The notes beneath the pieces are model-generated. The model was given only the letters and a program-made list of their open reading frames with translations. It had not been told where the DNA came from and made no database searches. A program made the position numbers and the translations under genes. A stretch of DNA of 64,000 nucleotides. Origin: Cystobasidiomycetes sp. EMM_F5 (lineage: Eukaryota). Where the stretch lies: the NCBI GenBank assembly GCA_051047955.1, contig JBPGPT010000005.1, forward strand, positions 62,001 to 126,000, read 5' to 3'. Positions 62,468 through 64,000 of this stretch are shown piece after piece. Position 1 is the first letter of the stretch. Every line of letters begins with the position of its first letter.

Positions 62468-64000
62468 ATGAGCGGACATGCTTCGACTTCAGCTTCCGCG
62501 AGCAGCAGCAATGGCAGATCTGGCCAGACCCAAACTGCTGGACGAGGCAGAGGCAGCAGCAGCAGCAGCAGCAGCAAAGGCAAGGGTCGAGCTGGAAGCC
62601 ATGCTGGGCGTGGCCGTGGAGTGAGACGGGCAGCCGACTACACGCCCACGCCCGAAGTCATCGCACCCCACTCTGCCATCAGCGAAGCAGCCCGTCTGGC
62701 AGTCGAGCGGGCTGAAGAGAAGGCGAAAGCGGAAGCTGCAGTCTTGGTCGACGGCAGCGACGTGGACGGCGAGCTCGTAGCGAATGAGGAGCGCGAGGTG
62801 GAGCTGTGCTACATCTGCGCCGAGCCAGTAAAGTACTACGTCCTGGGCATGTGCAGCCATCGAACATGTCACGTATGCGCTATCCGACTGCGAGCGCTGT
62901 ACAAGAAGAAGGAGTGTACGTTTTGCAAGGTGGGTGGAATTACTGTCCCCGCTGGAGCGATTGTCGACTGAAGAGTTTGGATGATTTGCAATTCTACAGC
63001 TCGATCTGCCGACAGTGATAGGCACAGTCGACTCTGACATGCACTTCCAAGACTACCCACCTGACGCATTCCCGTGTTCAGATGCCCGCTTAGGTATCGC
63101 TTTCGAGACGGCCGAAATGATGGAAGATACGATGGCTCTACTGCGCTTCAATTGTCCCCAACTCGACTGTGACTATCTGGCAAACGGCTGGCTAGATCTA
63201 AAGAAACATGCTCGTACCGAACACGACCGCGTGTTCTGCGATTTGTGTACCAAGCACAAAAAGATCTTTTCCCACGAGCATACCCTATTCACGTTGCTCG
63301 ACCTGAAACAGCACATCAAGTCTGGCGATCCCGTACCAGTGTCAACGAGCGATGCAGGCAACACGGGCTTTACTGGCCATCCAGAGTGCGAGTTCTGTCG
63401 AATTACATTCTACGATTCGGATCAGCTGTTTGCACACTGCAGAGACCGACACGAGCAGTGCTTTATATGTATTCGGAATGGCGTCGGCCGATACCAGTAC
63501 TATGTAGACTATCCGCACCTGGAAACGCACTTCCAATCTCAGCATCATCTCTGCCTGAACCCACAGTGCCTTGAACAGAGGTTTATCGTCTTTGATACTG
63601 AGCTGGATCTTCAGGCGCACTTCATTGCCGAACACGGAGCTACCGTTGGCAAGACGTCACGACGTGTGGAAACCAACTTTAGTTATACATCTCCACCAGA
63701 TCCGCGTGCAGGCGGAGGAGTGCAGATGCGACCTCGCCAGCCGGTAGTACATGCTTCAAGGACCACACCTGTGTCGAATCCAATACATGTAGAACATGAT
63801 CCTGTACCGACGGCATCCTCCAGTACGGCCAATGAAGTCGTTGGTAGCCGTGGCAGAGTCGTGCCAGGTCTACAACGCGGCGGATTTAATACTACCCTTT
63901 CCGACACTTCAACACCCAACAAAACTGAAAAGAAGCCAGCTCGCGATGTTCCAACTATGGAGGAATCGATTACAGGAATACGTCAGACGGATCCAATGAT
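62468..64000 (+). CDS. HEL2: Ribosome quality-control RING E3 ligase Hel2/ZNF598, truncated by the window end
   Basis: RING CYICAEPVKYYVLGMCSHRTCHVCAIRLRALYKKKECTFCK, then LLRFNCP, FCDLCTKHKKIFSHEH, GFTGHPECEFC, LFAHCRDRHEQCFIC and C2H2-like fingers. Confidence 0.95.
62555..62575 (+). repeat. (AGC)7 coding microsatellite (poly-Ser in the Hel2 N-terminus)
   Basis: Seven consecutive AGC units read directly. Confidence 0.85.

Noticed and set aside
12177..64000. Co-location of RNA-metabolism genes RRP6, RPC82, SSU72 and HEL2
   Set aside because: They are interspersed with unrelated genes, which is expected by chance in a compact fungal genome.
1..64000. tRNA, rRNA, CRISPR arrays, and numerous antisense ORFs overlapping real genes
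   Set aside because: No RNA-gene or repeat-spacer pattern was seen by eye. CAS1 here is the capsule O-acetyltransferase, not CRISPR Cas1. The antisense ORFs are shadows of coding exons.

Overview
Intron-rich fungal genomic DNA, most likely from a basidiomycete yeast. This is inferred from short GT-AG/GC-AG introns with CTRAY branch points, micro-exons and a Cryptococcus-type CAS1. About 27 genes were modelled by hand. The flanks are housekeeping genes: ERG1, two tandem paralogous single-pass membrane proteins, LST8, a long-chain acyl-CoA synthetase, RRP6, a ZIP transporter, RPC82, GGC1, a GH5 glucanase, a Sec14-like gene and an arrestin-like gene on the left, and CAS1 and HEL2 on the right. 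The outstanding structure is a ~25 kb, 10-gene metabolic island (about 31.8-56.9 kb) bracketed by two direct-repeat copies of SSU72. The left copy is pseudogenised, the right is intact, and their divergence is strongly mosaic. The island encodes a C2H2 plus fungal-specific transcription factor, a PTS2-bearing SDR, an esterase, a PRISE/SirQ-like reductase, a type-II-like FMO, an MFS transporter, a P450, an acyl-CoA dehydrogenase, a cupin and a PTS1-bearing MaoC hydratase. It has no backbone synthase. A GTGGGGTC motif matching the predicted specificity of the island's own TF recurs in its non-coding DNA. It looks like a self-regulated catabolic/detoxification cluster feeding peroxisomal beta-oxidation. 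Exon boundaries and some start codons are manual predictions; no database searches were run.
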